A DNA stretch of 64,000 nt from Antedon mediterranea (lineage: Eukaryota > Animalia > Echinodermata). Below are positions 63,129-64,000 of the stretch, one piece after another. Numbering within the stretch: the first letter of the stretch is position 1; every line of letters starts with the position of its first letter. The stretch covers positions 20,618,912 to 20,682,911 of the forward strand of contig NC_092675.1 of assembly GCF_964355755.1 (NCBI RefSeq), read 5' to 3'. A program made the translations under genes and the position numbers. The notes under the pieces are model-generated. The model was not told the DNA's origin. It saw nothing but the letters and a program-made list of their open reading frames with translations, and did no database searches.

Positions 63129-64000
63129 ATGTGGGCATGAAGAATTGAAAATATGAACAATGAATTGCAACATTTTTTACAAAAATAAAACAAAATGTTG
63201 GCACAGTAGCCAAAGGTGGATTTAGTTCATAACACCTGGACAGATCCACCATGCAGATTAAGCTGCATTACAAATTACAAGAGGTTTTGCATACAGTATT
63301 CTCCCACTCAAGTTACATAACTACAAAATAGTAAAAAACTAATTTTTTTTTTCTGTATTTAAATTTAAAACTATGAATAGAAGGTAATTAATTGAGAAAA
63401 TTTGGAAAATAAGTCTTTTGTTGAGGTTGTGGTACAATGTTTTTTCTTTACCTGGTGTGTTGAGTGTTTCTCATTGTCATAGCTTATTTAATGTCTCTTG
63501 CTAATCAATGGTCAATTGCTCCGATTAGTGTGAGATCAGGATTTGTAAAAGAAGCTAAGTTGTCAAAGAGACTCTCAATTTACATACGTCATTGACTGCT
63601 ATTTCTTTCTTTTCCTTAATACCAAGACTTTTCCAGCTTTCACTTCACAATCATACTGTACATGATATCTGATGATGTACTTCACTGAATAAATTAAATT
63701 TTTCGTTCAAGATAGGGCTAGATTTTATTGGAAATGCCACCCATGTTTTTAAAACTGAAAATGTTCCAATAGATTCAGACGTCAACTTTTCAATGTGTTC
63801 TTTATTCGGAGTTTCCCTATCTGGAATTTGTGTATCTTCTGGTTTATTAACTAATATGTGTCTTGATATGTGTTAAGCCACTATAGTATAAAATGTAAAT
63901 AACAAAAGGATGTTCCAAATACATGTTAGTATCTATCTACAAATGTATTCATTTTATTCTTCTAAAACAATATTTTCAAACAAATATATTACCAGATAAT

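Overview
AT-rich, intron-containing metazoan (invertebrate) genomic DNA; not prokaryotic, with no CRISPR or rRNA. Four multi-exon + strand genes can be rebuilt with consistent GT-AG splice phases. (1) A ROR-family receptor tyrosine kinase (at least 1034 codons, 18065-30548; signal-peptide exon not securely located) with an unusual duplicated ectodomain, Ig-CRD-Ig-CRD-Kringle-TM-kinase. (2) HDAC3 (11 exons, 431 aa, 35029-42131). (3) A ZGLP1-like GATA zinc-finger factor (5 exons, 331 aa, 45385-47372). (4) An uncharacterised GCN5/PCAF-like GNAT protein (8 exons, about 472 aa, 47967-54454) with an acidic insertion and Gln at the position of the Gcn5 catalytic Glu. Introns and intergenic DNA carry a Helentron/HINE-like element, Harbinger-like, mariner/pogo-like, Kolobok-like and MULE-like non-autonomous elements, tRNA-derived SINEs, LINE fragments and several tandem repeats, including a 3.9-kb satellite built from the terminal repeat of a dispersed MITE. 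All family assignments come from motif recognition by eye and need database confirmation.
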